A stretch of 64,000 nucleotides of DNA. It comes from Candidatus Dormiibacterota bacterium. GTDB taxonomy: Bacteria; Chloroflexota; Dormibacteria; Aeolococcales; Aeolococcaceae. Positions 1-14,291 of the stretch are shown here, piece by piece. Under the pieces are notes generated by a model that saw only the letters and a program-made list of their open reading frames with translations, had not been told where the DNA came from and did no database searches. The stretch's first letter is position 1, and every line of letters starts with the position of its first letter. Made by a program: the position numbers and the translations under genes. The DNA lies in NCBI GenBank assembly GCA_963756075.1, contig CAVWMH010000002.1, positions 327,422-391,421 of the forward strand, given 5' to 3'.

Positions 1-84
1 AGGTCTCGCGCCGCGATCCGGGGGAGACGGCCACAGAATAGCGCGCGTTCCGGGTTTCGCGGCCGCCTCGTCGCGGTATCTGCG

Positions 85-1053
85 ATGCAGATGCCAACGA
101 CCTTCAAGGATTACTACGCGATCCTGGGCGTTCCCCGGACGGCCACTGAGAAGGAGATCCGGACCGCCTTCCGCAAGCTCGCCCGCAAGCATCACCCGGA
201 CGTGAACCAGGGTGACAAGGCGGCCGAGGACCGGTTCAAGGAGATCAACGAGGCCAACGAGGTCCTCGGCGATCCGGAGAAGCGGAAGAAGTACGACGAG
301 CTCGGGCCGCGCTGGCAGGAGTACGAGCAGTGGGAGCGCGCCGGCAAGCCGGGTCCGAACCCGTTCCAGGGCAGCGATGAGCATTTCGGATACCGGACGG
401 TCTCGCCCGACGAGCTCGAGGGCATGTTCGGCAGCAGCGCGCCGTTCAGCGACTTCTTTCAGCAGTTCTTCGGCGGCGGAGATGCGCGCGATGGCTTCAG
501 CAGCGGTCGCTCCCGGCGCCGGGTTGTACGCCGGGGCGAGGATGTCGAGGGCGACGCCGAGATCAAGCTCGAGGATGCCTTCTCGGGGTCGACGCTCACC
601 GTCGACCTCAGCTCAGCCGATGGTCCACGCCGGGTCGAGGTGAAGATCCCCGCGGGGATCCATGAGGGCGCCCGGATACGCGCCTCCGGCCAGGGGGGTG
701 CGGGTCGAGGAGGCGGGCCGCGAGGTGACCTCTTCATTCGCGTCCACATCCGACCGCATCGCGGCTTCACGCGTTCCGGCGACGATCTCAGCGTCCGCGT
801 GGCGACGCCCCTGGCCACGGCCCTGGCCGGCGGCACCGTGGGCGTCCCGACGCTTCGTGGGACGACCGCTCAGCTGTCGATTCCGGCCGGAACGCAGAAC
901 GGCGCACGTCTGCGGCTTCGGGGCCTCGGGATGCCGCATCTCAAAGGCGGCGGCGCGGGTGACCTTCTCGCCACCGTCGACGTCCGGCTTCCGAGCCCCG
1001 TGCCCGAGGAACTCATCGCCTGGGCGCGATCCGAGCAGACGCCCTCCGCCTGA
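85..1053 (+). CDS. cbpA: J-domain co-chaperone, CbpA/DnaJ-like (no zinc-finger region)
   Basis: N-terminal J domain 'DYYAILGV...RKLARKHHPDVN' with HPD motif, G/F-rich linker and DnaJ C-terminal-type domains. No CxxCxGxG repeats. Confidence 0.88.
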   Translation: MQMPTTFKDYYAILGVPRTATEKEIRTAFRKLARKHHPDVNQGDKAAEDRFKEINEANEVLGDPEKRKKYDELGPRWQEYEQWERAGKPGPNPFQGSDEHFGYRTVSPDELEGMFGSSAPFSDFFQQFFGGGDARDGFSSGRSRRRVVRRGEDVEGDAEIKLEDAFSGSTLTVDLSSADGPRRVEVKIPAGIHEGARIRASGQGGAGRGGGPRGDLFIRVHIRPHRGFTRSGDDLSVRVATPLATALAGGTVGVPTLRGTTAQLSIPAGTQNGARLRLRGLGMPHLKGGGAGDLLATVDVRLPSPVPEELIAWARSEQTPSA

Positions 1054-1063
1054 GGCTGTCGCC

Positions 1064-2722
1064 CTAGAAAACCGTGAGCGGGTGCTCGCGAGTGCTCCTC
1101 GAGATCGTGCAGACGTCGCCCTCGCACGTTGAGGCGATGACGTCCACGTTGAGAACGCCACTGCCAGGGATGCCCAGGCGCACCTCGACAGAGACAGGAA
1201 GCTGGGCGAGCGCCCAGGACCGCGGCCCCGCTCCAAGCAGCGTTTGCGGGTCGGCGCTCACGCTGACGTGAACCGGCGGCCCCTGCTGGAGGTCGAGGTC
1301 AGACCCTGCCAGGTCGACGTCGGCGGTGACGACGAGCCGGGCCCCCGCGAGTCCAGAGAGCGCGGTCCCGGGAGCCTGCGCACCCTTCTGCCTGTCGCCG
1401 ATACGGATCTCGGCGACGGCGCCGGTGTCGAGGTCGACGGTGATCACCCGGTGGTTGTTCGTATCCGCGACGACAAGGCGGCCGTCGGGGAGCACGTCGA
1501 CGCCTCCCGGCTCATCCAGCGGCTCACGCAGGGGGATCGTCCTGAGAACGCCGTCCTTCCAGACACGGAGCAGTGAGTTGAACGTATCCGCCACGGCGAC
1601 CGATCCATCCGGGAGCGCGGCGACGCCGAGCGGATGCTGAAGCCTGGCGGTGGCGCGATCGCCGTCGGCAGTCCCCCAGTCGAACAACCCGGTGCCTACC
1701 AGCGTTTCCACCCGGCCATCGCGCAGGACGCGGAGTGCGGACACTTCCGAATCGGCAAAGGCGATGGCGTCGCCGGCGATTGCCGCGAGCCCGCTGGGCT
1801 GCGCCAGGTGCGCTTGCAGCGCGGGGCCGTCGCGCAGGCCCTCCGCGCGGCTGCCGGCCAGGACCTCGACCGGTCCGCCCTCGCCCGGGACGGCGACGAT
1901 CCGGTGCAGGCCCGCCTCCGCGACCGCGATCCGTCCGCCGGCGAGCACGAGCACGTCCCACGGAGACCGCAGGCCTGAGGCGAGCACGCGGCGCTCACCG
2001 TCGGGCAGGGAAACGGCCACAAGCTCCCCGGCGACGGTGTCGCAGACCAACAGGCGGTCGGCGTCGAAGCGCACTCCCTGTGGCTGGTGAAACCCGCCGA
2101 ACTCGTGCTGGACGCTCCCCTTTAGGTCGCAGACGAGCACTCGATCGTTGCCGGTGTCGGCGATCGCAATGCTGTTCCCGCCGTCGGAGACGACCTTGCC
2201 CGGGAAGGCGAGCGTGGTGTCGGTTCCAACGGAAACCGGCATGAACGCCGGCCCGATGGCGAGATCGTTGCGGCCGTCGAGGAGTTGTGCGATCACGCCG
2301 GCGAGCGCGGGTCCATTGCCCTCGCCCGAGGCCATCGCGACCACGTAGCCGTCGGGGTCGATCACCACGAGCGTCGGCCAGGCGCGAACGCCGTACTGCT
2401 GCCATGTCTCGAGCTCCGGGTCGTCCAGCACCGGGTGGTCGATCCGATGGCGGGCGACGGCTCGCGCGACGGCGGTGTGGTCGGCCTCGTGCGGGAATTT
2501 CGGGGAGTGCACGCCGATCACCACCAGCCGGTCGCCGAATCGCTCCTCCAGCGGTCGCAACTCCTCGATGACGCGAATGCAGTTGATGCAGCAGAACGTC
2601 CAGAAGTCGAGCACCACCACCCGGCCTCGGAGATCTCGCAACGCCAGCGGACGGTCGGTGTTGAGCCAACCCCCGGCACCCCGGAGCTCCGGTGCGCGGA
2701 CACGCCCGAGTGTGGTGGTCAT
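1064..2722 (-). CDS. thioredoxin-like (redoxin) domain fused to NHL-repeat beta-propeller
   Basis: ORF 1064..2857 trimmed to the ATG at 2722 (MTTTLGRV). 'VVLDFWTFCCINCIRV' CxxC redoxin motif is followed by repeated NHL-type blades. The upstream 45 codons are Arg/Pro-rich read-through of a tandem repeat. Confidence 0.82.
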   Translation of the reverse strand: MTTTLGRVRAPELRGAGGWLNTDRPLALRDLRGRVVVLDFWTFCCINCIRVIEELRPLEERFGDRLVVIGVHSPKFPHEADHTAVARAVARHRIDHPVLDDPELETWQQYGVRAWPTLVVIDPDGYVVAMASGEGNGPALAGVIAQLLDGRNDLAIGPAFMPVSVGTDTTLAFPGKVVSDGGNSIAIADTGNDRVLVCDLKGSVQHEFGGFHQPQGVRFDADRLLVCDTVAGELVAVSLPDGERRVLASGLRSPWDVLVLAGGRIAVAEAGLHRIVAVPGEGGPVEVLAGSRAEGLRDGPALQAHLAQPSGLAAIAGDAIAFADSEVSALRVLRDGRVETLVGTGLFDWGTADGDRATARLQHPLGVAALPDGSVAVADTFNSLLRVWKDGVLRTIPLREPLDEPGGVDVLPDGRLVVADTNNHRVITVDLDTGAVAEIRIGDRQKGAQAPGTALSGLAGARLVVTADVDLAGSDLDLQQGPPVHVSVSADPQTLLGAGPRSWALAQLPVSVEVRLGIPGSGVLNVDVIASTCEGDVCTISRSTREHPLTVF

Positions 2723-2733
2723 GCTCGATCCAT

Positions 2734-2785
2734 CATCCCGCGCCGCCATCCAGCGCCGCCATCCCGCGCCGCCATCCCGCGCCGC
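2734..2785. repeat. 4 x 13-bp perfect/near-perfect tandem repeat (CATCCCGCGCCGC; unit 2 has A at 2752)
   Basis: Counted directly: units at 2734-2746, 2747-2759, 2760-2772 and 2773-2785. The repeat lies 12-63 nt upstream of the minus-strand ATG at 2722. Confidence 0.95.
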
Positions 2786-2824
2786 GGTCCCCGGTCGCGA
2801 CCGAGGGCGAGCGTTCCGGGCCCT

Positions 2825-2833
2825 TGGTATAAT
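2825..2833 (+). promoter_or_regulatory. perfect extended -10 element TGgTATAAT on the plus strand
   Basis: Sequence 'ttggtataat': TG at 2825-2826, TATAAT at 2828-2833. It sits in the intergenic region and no credible plus-strand ORF follows it. Confidence 0.35.
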
Positions 2834-2933
2834 CGCTGCAGAGGTGGGTTGGTGCACCGACCCAACGGCGCCGGGGGAAGCGCCGCTGGCAAGTCGACAC
2901 GTCTTTTGAAACTCTCCCTATCCCTTCCTGACC

Positions 2934-2961
2934 GGCAGGGGGTGGCCCTCCGCCCCCTGCC
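2934..2961. terminator. GC-rich hairpin (9-bp stem GGCAGGGGG/CCCCCTGCC, 10-nt C-rich loop)
   Basis: Inverted repeat read directly, 36 nt downstream of the purA stop (minus strand). On the plus strand it is followed by 'CACTTTCC', so it could terminate transcripts from either direction. Confidence 0.45.
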
Positions 2962-2996
2962 ACTTTCCCCCGAGCCGGACGGCCGCCGACTCGCGC

Positions 2997-4583
<1,587 letters not shown>

Positions 4584-4719
4584 TCATCGGCCGGGGATCA
4601 TTGGAGGAGTACCGGACATCCTCCTGGCGACGTCGTCGCCGAAGAAGGCGGGGTCCGGCCGCGCGTTGGTTTCCCGTCAGAGCTTGATCGGACGGCAGCG
4701 CCGGTACGATGCCCGAGCA

Positions 4720-5196
4720 ATGGCACCGCCCGATTCGCAGACGACGGACTGCATCTTCTGCGCGATCGTCAGCGGCGACGCCCCAGCGACCTTCGTGCAC
4801 CAGGACGAGCTCGTTGTTGCGTTCATGGACACTCGGCCGGTGCAGCCCGGCCATGTACTCGTGGTGCCGCGCGCCCACGCCAAGCTCATTCCAGAGTTGG
4901 ACGACCACATCCTCGCGAACCTCTGGTCGGTCGCGACCGAGCTCAACCGGGCGTTGCGGGCGAGCCGGCTCCCGGTCGAGGCGGTCAGCGTCTACGTGGC
5001 GGACGGAGACGCCGCCGGCCAGGAGGTGGCGCACGTGCACATCCATCTCATCCCGCGCCACGCTCGCGATGGGTTCGGCTTTCGCTTTCCTCCCGGCTAT
5101 GGCACCGAACCCGGCCGGGCGGAGCTCGAGACGATAGCCGCCCAGATACGACCGGGGTTGGCGCCGCCGAACGCCGCTGTAACCAGTGGCCGCTGA
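4720..5196 (+). CDS. HIT-family (histidine triad) nucleotide hydrolase/transferase
   Basis: ORF 4510..5196 trimmed to the ATG at 4720. 'CIFCAIVSG' N-terminus and 'HVHIHLIP' histidine-triad motif. Confidence 0.9.
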   Translation: MAPPDSQTTDCIFCAIVSGDAPATFVHQDELVVAFMDTRPVQPGHVLVVPRAHAKLIPELDDHILANLWSVATELNRALRASRLPVEAVSVYVADGDAAGQEVAHVHIHLIPRHARDGFGFRFPPGYGTEPGRAELETIAAQIRPGLAPPNAAVTSGR

Positions 5197-6073
5197 CGCG
5201 GCTGTCGCGCGCCTCCGGCGCTATCGCGCATCGGGGTGGTGGCCGGCTGCGTCGACACTGGTCATCGCCGAACTGGGTCTGGGTGCCGCACTGCTGGTGC
5301 CGATCACCTTCAGCGACCCGAACGGGGTCGATCCGTACCTGGCCCGGCTCAGCGTCGCGTCGGTCCTGATCGCGCTGCCGTCGCTGTTCGTGCGGCGTCT
5401 CGAGCCGGCGCGCCCGATTCTCCTTGCGCTCGCCGCTGTGGCGGCCACGTACACGCTGCTCTCAGCCGGCCCGCAGATCCTGTTCGACCTGCTCGGACCG
5501 CGCTCGGGCAGCTTCGACGCCCAGGTGTTCTGGTCTTCGGTCGCTCAGGCCGCCGGCACGGTGGTCATCGCGCTCGCGGCATGGAAGCTCGTCGCCCCCG
5601 AATGGCGCCCGTCGCTGCGCATGAGACGCCTCGGGTGGGGCGGTCTTGCGGCAGGGGTGCTCGGATCCGCCCTCCTCGTCGGAATCGGGCTCGCGCTTCC
5701 CGCCGGGGTGCTCGGCCGGGTGGCCTTGCAACCGGTCGCCATCGGTCGCGATTTCCCGTTCCTCGGTCCGGCAAACGCGCTGCAGGCGTTCTCGCAGGAG
5801 GTGCAGTTCCGAGGTCTGCTGCTCGGAGCCCTGGAGCGCTCCATGAGCCCGAGGTGGGCCAACGTCTGCCAGGCGGCGGTGTTCGGGCTCGCCCACCTCG
5901 CGATCAGCTACGGCGGGCCTGAGGCCCCGTTCGTGCCGATCACCTTCCTGGTGGGACTCGGCTTTGGCTGGCTGGTGCGGAGGACCAACTCGTTGTGGCC
6001 CGCGGTCATCATCCACGCGGTCGCCGACATCGCGCTGCAGTTCGGCATCGTCCAGGGGCTCTATGGGCTCTGA
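5186..6073 (+). CDS. CPBP-family intramembrane glutamic endopeptidase (CAAX/Abi-like)
   Basis: Multi-TM protein carrying the motifs 'QEVQFRGLL', 'FGLAHL' and 'HAVADI'. GTG start overlaps the HIT gene stop. Confidence 0.85.
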   Translation: MAADAAVARLRRYRASGWWPAASTLVIAELGLGAALLVPITFSDPNGVDPYLARLSVASVLIALPSLFVRRLEPARPILLALAAVAATYTLLSAGPQILFDLLGPRSGSFDAQVFWSSVAQAAGTVVIALAAWKLVAPEWRPSLRMRRLGWGGLAAGVLGSALLVGIGLALPAGVLGRVALQPVAIGRDFPFLGPANALQAFSQEVQFRGLLLGALERSMSPRWANVCQAAVFGLAHLAISYGGPEAPFVPITFLVGLGFGWLVRRTNSLWPAVIIHAVADIALQFGIVQGLYGL

Positions 6074-6953
6074 TCGTCCCCGCAAGCGCGCGATCAGGCT
6101 GGGCGCTGCCGCGGTCGTGGCGTTCATCGTGCTCGTCGTCGCCAGTGCACCGGCACGCGCGACGGCCCCATGGTGGAGCCCGGTCGCGCTGCGCGGCGTC
6201 GCCGTCGCGCATGTTTCCGCCATAGGTGACACGATCTTGGTGCGCACCGGCGCGGGTGCGACGCTGCGATCGACCGACGGAGGCAGGACTTTCGCGACCG
6301 CGCCGGCGGACCTCACGTTCCCACCGGCGGGGCAGGTGACCGTCGGAACGCAAGCCTGGGAGATCGACCCCAGCGGCAAGGTTGTGCACGTGTCGAACCT
6401 GGCGCAGAGCCAGGTGGCTGTAGCTGACCCCGGCTCACCCGACCTCGGCGCCGGTGCCGACCTCATCGCGTCGCCCGCGGCGCTCCCCGGTGTGGTGGTC
6501 GCCGTGAGCACCAACGGCACCGTCTGGCGTCGCGGCCAGGACGGAGACTGGAAGCAGGCATTGCTGCTCCTCCCGGCGAGCATCGTTCAGGGTGTCCCGC
6601 GGATCACCTCGGTGACGGCGTTCACCGAGCCGCTCAGCGATGCCATCTACCTGGGCACCGACGGCTACGCGGTCCTGATCACCACCGACGGAGGCGACGA
6701 CTGGATCCGCGCGGGTCCAGGGCTTCCCAACTCCGTGTACGCGCTCTCCGCCGATGCCGCGCGCAAGACGGTGTATGCGGGCACATCTGACGGTCTCTGG
6801 GAGCATGTGCTCCAGTCGCTGCCGGCGCCGCCCGCCTACGAGGACGCGGCGCTGGTGTGGCGATGGTTCGGGATCGGGGCGATCACATTGGTGGCTTCCG
6901 CCGCGGCGCTGCTCGGCATGACCCGGTTGGTCCCGCGCCGCCGCTCCGGCTGA
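6063..6953 (+). CDS. exported beta-propeller protein with BNR/Asp-box-like repeats and C-terminal membrane anchor
   Basis: ATG at 6063 overlaps the CPBP gene end. Signal-like 'AAAVVAFIVLVVASAPARA', repeats 'STDGGRTF', 'TTDGGDDW' and 'GTSDGLW', and a hydrophobic C-terminal helix. Confidence 0.6.
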   Translation: MGSDRPRKRAIRLGAAAVVAFIVLVVASAPARATAPWWSPVALRGVAVAHVSAIGDTILVRTGAGATLRSTDGGRTFATAPADLTFPPAGQVTVGTQAWEIDPSGKVVHVSNLAQSQVAVADPGSPDLGAGADLIASPAALPGVVVAVSTNGTVWRRGQDGDWKQALLLLPASIVQGVPRITSVTAFTEPLSDAIYLGTDGYAVLITTDGGDDWIRAGPGLPNSVYALSADAARKTVYAGTSDGLWEHVLQSLPAPPAYEDAALVWRWFGIGAITLVASAAALLGMTRLVPRRRSG

Positions 6954-6995
6954 AAGCCCGGACGCCTCGGAGAGCGCTTCCGGTAGCGTGGCCGC

Positions 6996-9028
<2,033 letters not shown>

Positions 9029-9032
9029 AGGA

Positions 9033-10490
9033 TCAGAACTGGCCGCACCCCGAGGGTGTCGCCATCGCCTCGAGGGGCGGGAGGAAGTCGAACACCGGGA
9101 GGCGCCGCTGATCCTCGACGGGTAGGTAGTCGCCGGTGTGCGGGTCCTCGACGTAGTCGAGCTTCGGCCCGCGCGTCGTGATCTCACGCAGTGCCGCGAC
9201 CAGGCGATCGATGTGCTCGACGGTCGTCCCGATGCCGAACGACGCGCGGATCGCGCCGGGGATCTCGTGGTGCTCGCCGCGGCGGAGTCGTTCGCGAATG
9301 GTGTGCGCGTCCGAGATTCCCACGCCGAGCAGATGGGTGATGTACGGGTGCGCGCAGAAGCAGCCGTGGCGAACGCCGATGGCGTGCTCGGCGCTGAGCA
9401 CCGACGCAACCAGGGCGTGATGCATGCCGTCGACGGTGAACGTGCTCACTCCGAGCCGGTCGACGTCCGGCCCGTCCCACAGCCGGAGCCTGTGGAGCTT
9501 CGGGACGTCGTCGATCTGTTCGTCGAGATACGCGAGCAGGCGTTTCTCGTGCGCGCCGATGTGCGCCATGCCGGTGTGCTCGAGAACCGTGCACGCCGCG
9601 CCGAGCGCGATGGCGCCCACGACGTTCGGGCTCCCGGCCTCGTGCCGGTCGGGCAGGGGCGCCCACTGGACGTCATCCGTGGTGACGTAGGTGACGGCAC
9701 CGCCGCCGGCGAGCATGGGCTCGGCATCGGCGAGCACCGCCGACGGCCCGATGAGCACGCCACCGCCGAATGGCGCGTACATCTTGTGGCCCGACAGCGC
9801 AAGGAAATCGATGCCCATCGCGACCATGTCGATGGATCGGTGCGGTGCCAGCTGCGCCGCATCGACGGCGAGCAACGCCCCGTACTCGTGCACGAGGCGT
9901 CCGATCTCGGCGACCGGGAAGACCTCCCCGGTGACGTTGCTCGCTCCCGTGATCGCGACGATGCCGATGGGGCGATGGCGATCCTCCAGAGCGCGTCGCA
10001 GATCGGCGAGCAACTGCTCCGGCGACTCCGGCGGGTCGAGCAGTTCGACGCGCGCGAGGCGCCTCCACGGCAGCATGTTCGCGTGGTGTTCGACGATCGT
10101 GCTGAGCACCGCATGACCCGGTCGCAGGACCAGGCAGTGGGTCAAGAGGTTGATGGCCTCGGTGGTGTTTCTGACAAAGATGACGGAATCGGATGTGCGG
10201 GCGCCGGCGAAGGTGGCCACCGCGGACCGCGCCGCCTCGTACGCACGCGTCGACACCTGCGACGCGAAGCCGGCTCCCCGGTGCACGCTGGAGTACCAGG
10301 GGAGGAACTCGATCACGGCGTCTGCGACCGCCTCCATGGCGGGGGTGCTCGCGGCCATGTCGAGGTTCACGTAGGTGCGGGTCTCACCGCCCGCCAGCTG
10401 CACCTCGAGGTCCGCACCGACGAGGCGGGGAAGGCTGACGCCCGACGCATGCCGGCCGGGCCGGCCCCGTGGCGTGGATTCTGTGAGCAT
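9033..10490 (-). CDS. class-V aminotransferase-fold PLP enzyme (cysteine desulfurase/SufS-like family)
   Basis: ORF 9033..11216 trimmed to the ATG at 10490 (MLTESTPRG), which forms an ATGA overlap with the hutI stop. 'SGHKMY' PLP-lysine motif and 'HGCFCAHPY' near the C-terminus. Confidence 0.82.
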   Translation of the reverse strand: MLTESTPRGRPGRHASGVSLPRLVGADLEVQLAGGETRTYVNLDMAASTPAMEAVADAVIEFLPWYSSVHRGAGFASQVSTRAYEAARSAVATFAGARTSDSVIFVRNTTEAINLLTHCLVLRPGHAVLSTIVEHHANMLPWRRLARVELLDPPESPEQLLADLRRALEDRHRPIGIVAITGASNVTGEVFPVAEIGRLVHEYGALLAVDAAQLAPHRSIDMVAMGIDFLALSGHKMYAPFGGGVLIGPSAVLADAEPMLAGGGAVTYVTTDDVQWAPLPDRHEAGSPNVVGAIALGAACTVLEHTGMAHIGAHEKRLLAYLDEQIDDVPKLHRLRLWDGPDVDRLGVSTFTVDGMHHALVASVLSAEHAIGVRHGCFCAHPYITHLLGVGISDAHTIRERLRRGEHHEIPGAIRASFGIGTTVEHIDRLVAALREITTRGPKLDYVEDPHTGDYLPVEDQRRLPVFDFLPPLEAMATPSGCGQF

Positions 10491-11710
10491 CAGGCCTTCG
10501 AGGGTACTGCCAGCCGGCCCCCGAGGATCACGTTCGCAACGATCTCGCCACCGAGGTGATAGGCGACGTCGATCCAGTTGGGGGTGTTCAGGATCACCGC
10601 GTCGCAGCGCAGGCCCGGGCGCAGCATGCCGCGGTCGGCAAGCCCGAGTGCGGCCGATCCGCCTCCGGTGGCCGCCACCAGCGCCTGCGCCGGCGTGAGC
10701 CCGCCGAGTGCGACGGCCAGCGAGATCATCAGCGGCATCGATTCGCTGTAGCAGGTGCCCGGGTTGCAGTCGGTGGCCACCGCCACGGTGCAACCGGCTT
10801 CGAGGAGCCGCCGGCCTGGTGGCGGAGGTCCGCCGAGCACCAGCGAAGCGCCGGGCAGGATCACGCCGACGACGCCTGCGCTGCTCATGGCCTCGAGGTC
10901 CGTGTTGGCGGCGTGCTCGAGGTGGTCGGCGCTCACCGCGCCCGCCTGGGCCGCGAGCAAGGCTCCGCCGCTGCGCGAGCGCTGCTCGGCGTGGATCTTC
11001 GGGCGCAGCCCATGGGCACGACCCGCGGTGAACAGGCGCTCGCATTCGGCCACGGTGTACGCGCCGGTTTCGCAGAACGCGTCGACAAACCGGGCGCGCT
11101 TCGCCGCCCCGGCCACGCCCCGCGTGCACGCGTCGTCGATGTACGCGTCGCGCGGTCCATCCGGGACCGCATGCAGCGGAAGATACGTCGCCACCACGTC
11201 GGGCAGGTCCACCCACTGACGGAGGCGATCCGCGGCGTCGAGCTGCCGCATCTCGGCCTCATGCTCGAGCCCGTACCCGCTCTTGACCTCGATGGTCGTC
11301 GTGCCGCCGGCGAGCATGCGACGCGCTCGCTCGCGACCTGCCGCCGCCAGCTCCTCGACACTGCCCGCGGCGGTGGCACGAACCGTCGCCCGGATCCCAC
11401 CCCCTGCCGCCGCGATCTCCTCATACGTGGCGCCGGCCGCACGCTGCGCGTACTCGTCGCCGCGATCTCCGAGCCAGACGAGGTGCGTGTGCGCGTCGAC
11501 GAAGCCGGGCAGGACGGCAGCGCCCCGAGCATGGATCTCGAGCGCATCGCGCGGGACGCTCGATCGGTCCAGCCGCGACTCGGGTCCGGCGTACACGATC
11601 ACTCCGTCGCGCGCCACCAATGCCGCGTCACGGACGACACCTGGAGCATCACCGACCAGCGGATCACACGTGCACAGTGCACCGATGCCGTGGACGACGA
11701 CCGCGCTCAT
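10490..11710 (-). CDS. hutI: imidazolonepropionase
   Basis: Amidohydrolase fold with 'FVDAHTHLVWLG' HxH metal site. Located within the hut operon. Confidence 0.93.
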   Translation of the reverse strand: MSAVVVHGIGALCTCDPLVGDAPGVVRDAALVARDGVIVYAGPESRLDRSSVPRDALEIHARGAAVLPGFVDAHTHLVWLGDRGDEYAQRAAGATYEEIAAAGGGIRATVRATAAGSVEELAAAGRERARRMLAGGTTTIEVKSGYGLEHEAEMRQLDAADRLRQWVDLPDVVATYLPLHAVPDGPRDAYIDDACTRGVAGAAKRARFVDAFCETGAYTVAECERLFTAGRAHGLRPKIHAEQRSRSGGALLAAQAGAVSADHLEHAANTDLEAMSSAGVVGVILPGASLVLGGPPPPGRRLLEAGCTVAVATDCNPGTCYSESMPLMISLAVALGGLTPAQALVAATGGGSAALGLADRGMLRPGLRCDAVILNTPNWIDVAYHLGGEIVANVILGGRLAVPSKA

Positions 11711-12611
11711 GCCTCGTGCGCGCTTCGTGCTCGCGTGGCGAGCCCGCTGCAGAATTTGAGAAACGTTGCGGCCATCAGGCGAAGTGTCATGGCGTTGACG
11801 TCGGCGGTCGCATCCACCTCGCAGAAGTCAGCTGCGACCACGTGCGAGTCGGCGCCGAGGAGATGCGCCGCGCGGAAGAGATCCTCCGGATGCATTCCAC
11901 CCGGAAGACTCGCCGGGCATGCCGGTGCGAACGCGCGATCGACGACGTCGATGTCGAAGTCCACGTACACACGCTCAACCCCGCGCGCGACGAGCAGCGA
12001 CATCGCGGTCGCGATGACCGCGTCCATGCCGTCCCGCCGCACCGAGTGCAGCGGGACGATGTGAATTCCATGCGCGCGCGCCCACTCCGCGTGCTCGCGC
12101 GCGTTGCCGAGAGGGTGGATCCCGATCTGAGCCACCCGTTCGCCCGGCAGCCCTGCCTCGATGAGCTCACGCACCGGCGTGCCATTGCGTGACCCGTCGG
12201 TCGCCGGCCGGCAGTCGTGGTGCGCATCGAGCGTCAGCAACCCCCAGGCTGCGGGCACGGCGCTCATCAGCCCCTCCAGAGCCGGGCGTGTCAGTGAGTT
12301 GTCGCCACCCACGACCACAACATACTCCGCCATGCGAGCAGCGTCGGCCGCTGCGGCCTGAATGCGGTCGTGGGCTGCGCGCGCGTCGGTGTCGTCACGA
12401 TCGCCCTGAACATCGCCGAGGTCTCGCACATGCAACGTCGCGACGTCGACGAACCGCTCGGCGTCCCAGGTGGGGAAGCGCTGCAGCGCCTCGCGGAACG
12501 CCGGGGGCGTCGCCCACGATTGCACCGGGGTGATCGAGGCCTTCGAGATCGGCGCGCCGAGGAGCACGAGATCGGGTGCGGTTGCGTCCTCGGCGATCCA
12601 CTCGCGAGCGT

Positions 12612-12615
<4 letters not shown>
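11707..12615 (-). CDS. hutG: formimidoylglutamase (arginase family)
   Basis: ORF 11707..12852 trimmed to the ATG at 12615 (ATGA overlap with the hutU stop). Arginase-family motifs 'GGDNSLT', 'LDAHHDCRP' and 'DFDIDVVD'. Located within the hut operon. Confidence 0.85.

Positions 12616-14287
<1,672 letters not shown>

Positions 14288-14291
<4 letters not shown>

Noticed and set aside
2840-2965. Identifying the candidate sRNA as SRP (4.5S) RNA or 6S RNA.
   Set aside because: It has no GGAA/GNAR tetraloop flanked by the conserved SRP domain-IV sequence (..GGUCCGGAAGGAAGCAGC..), and the element is far too short for 6S RNA.
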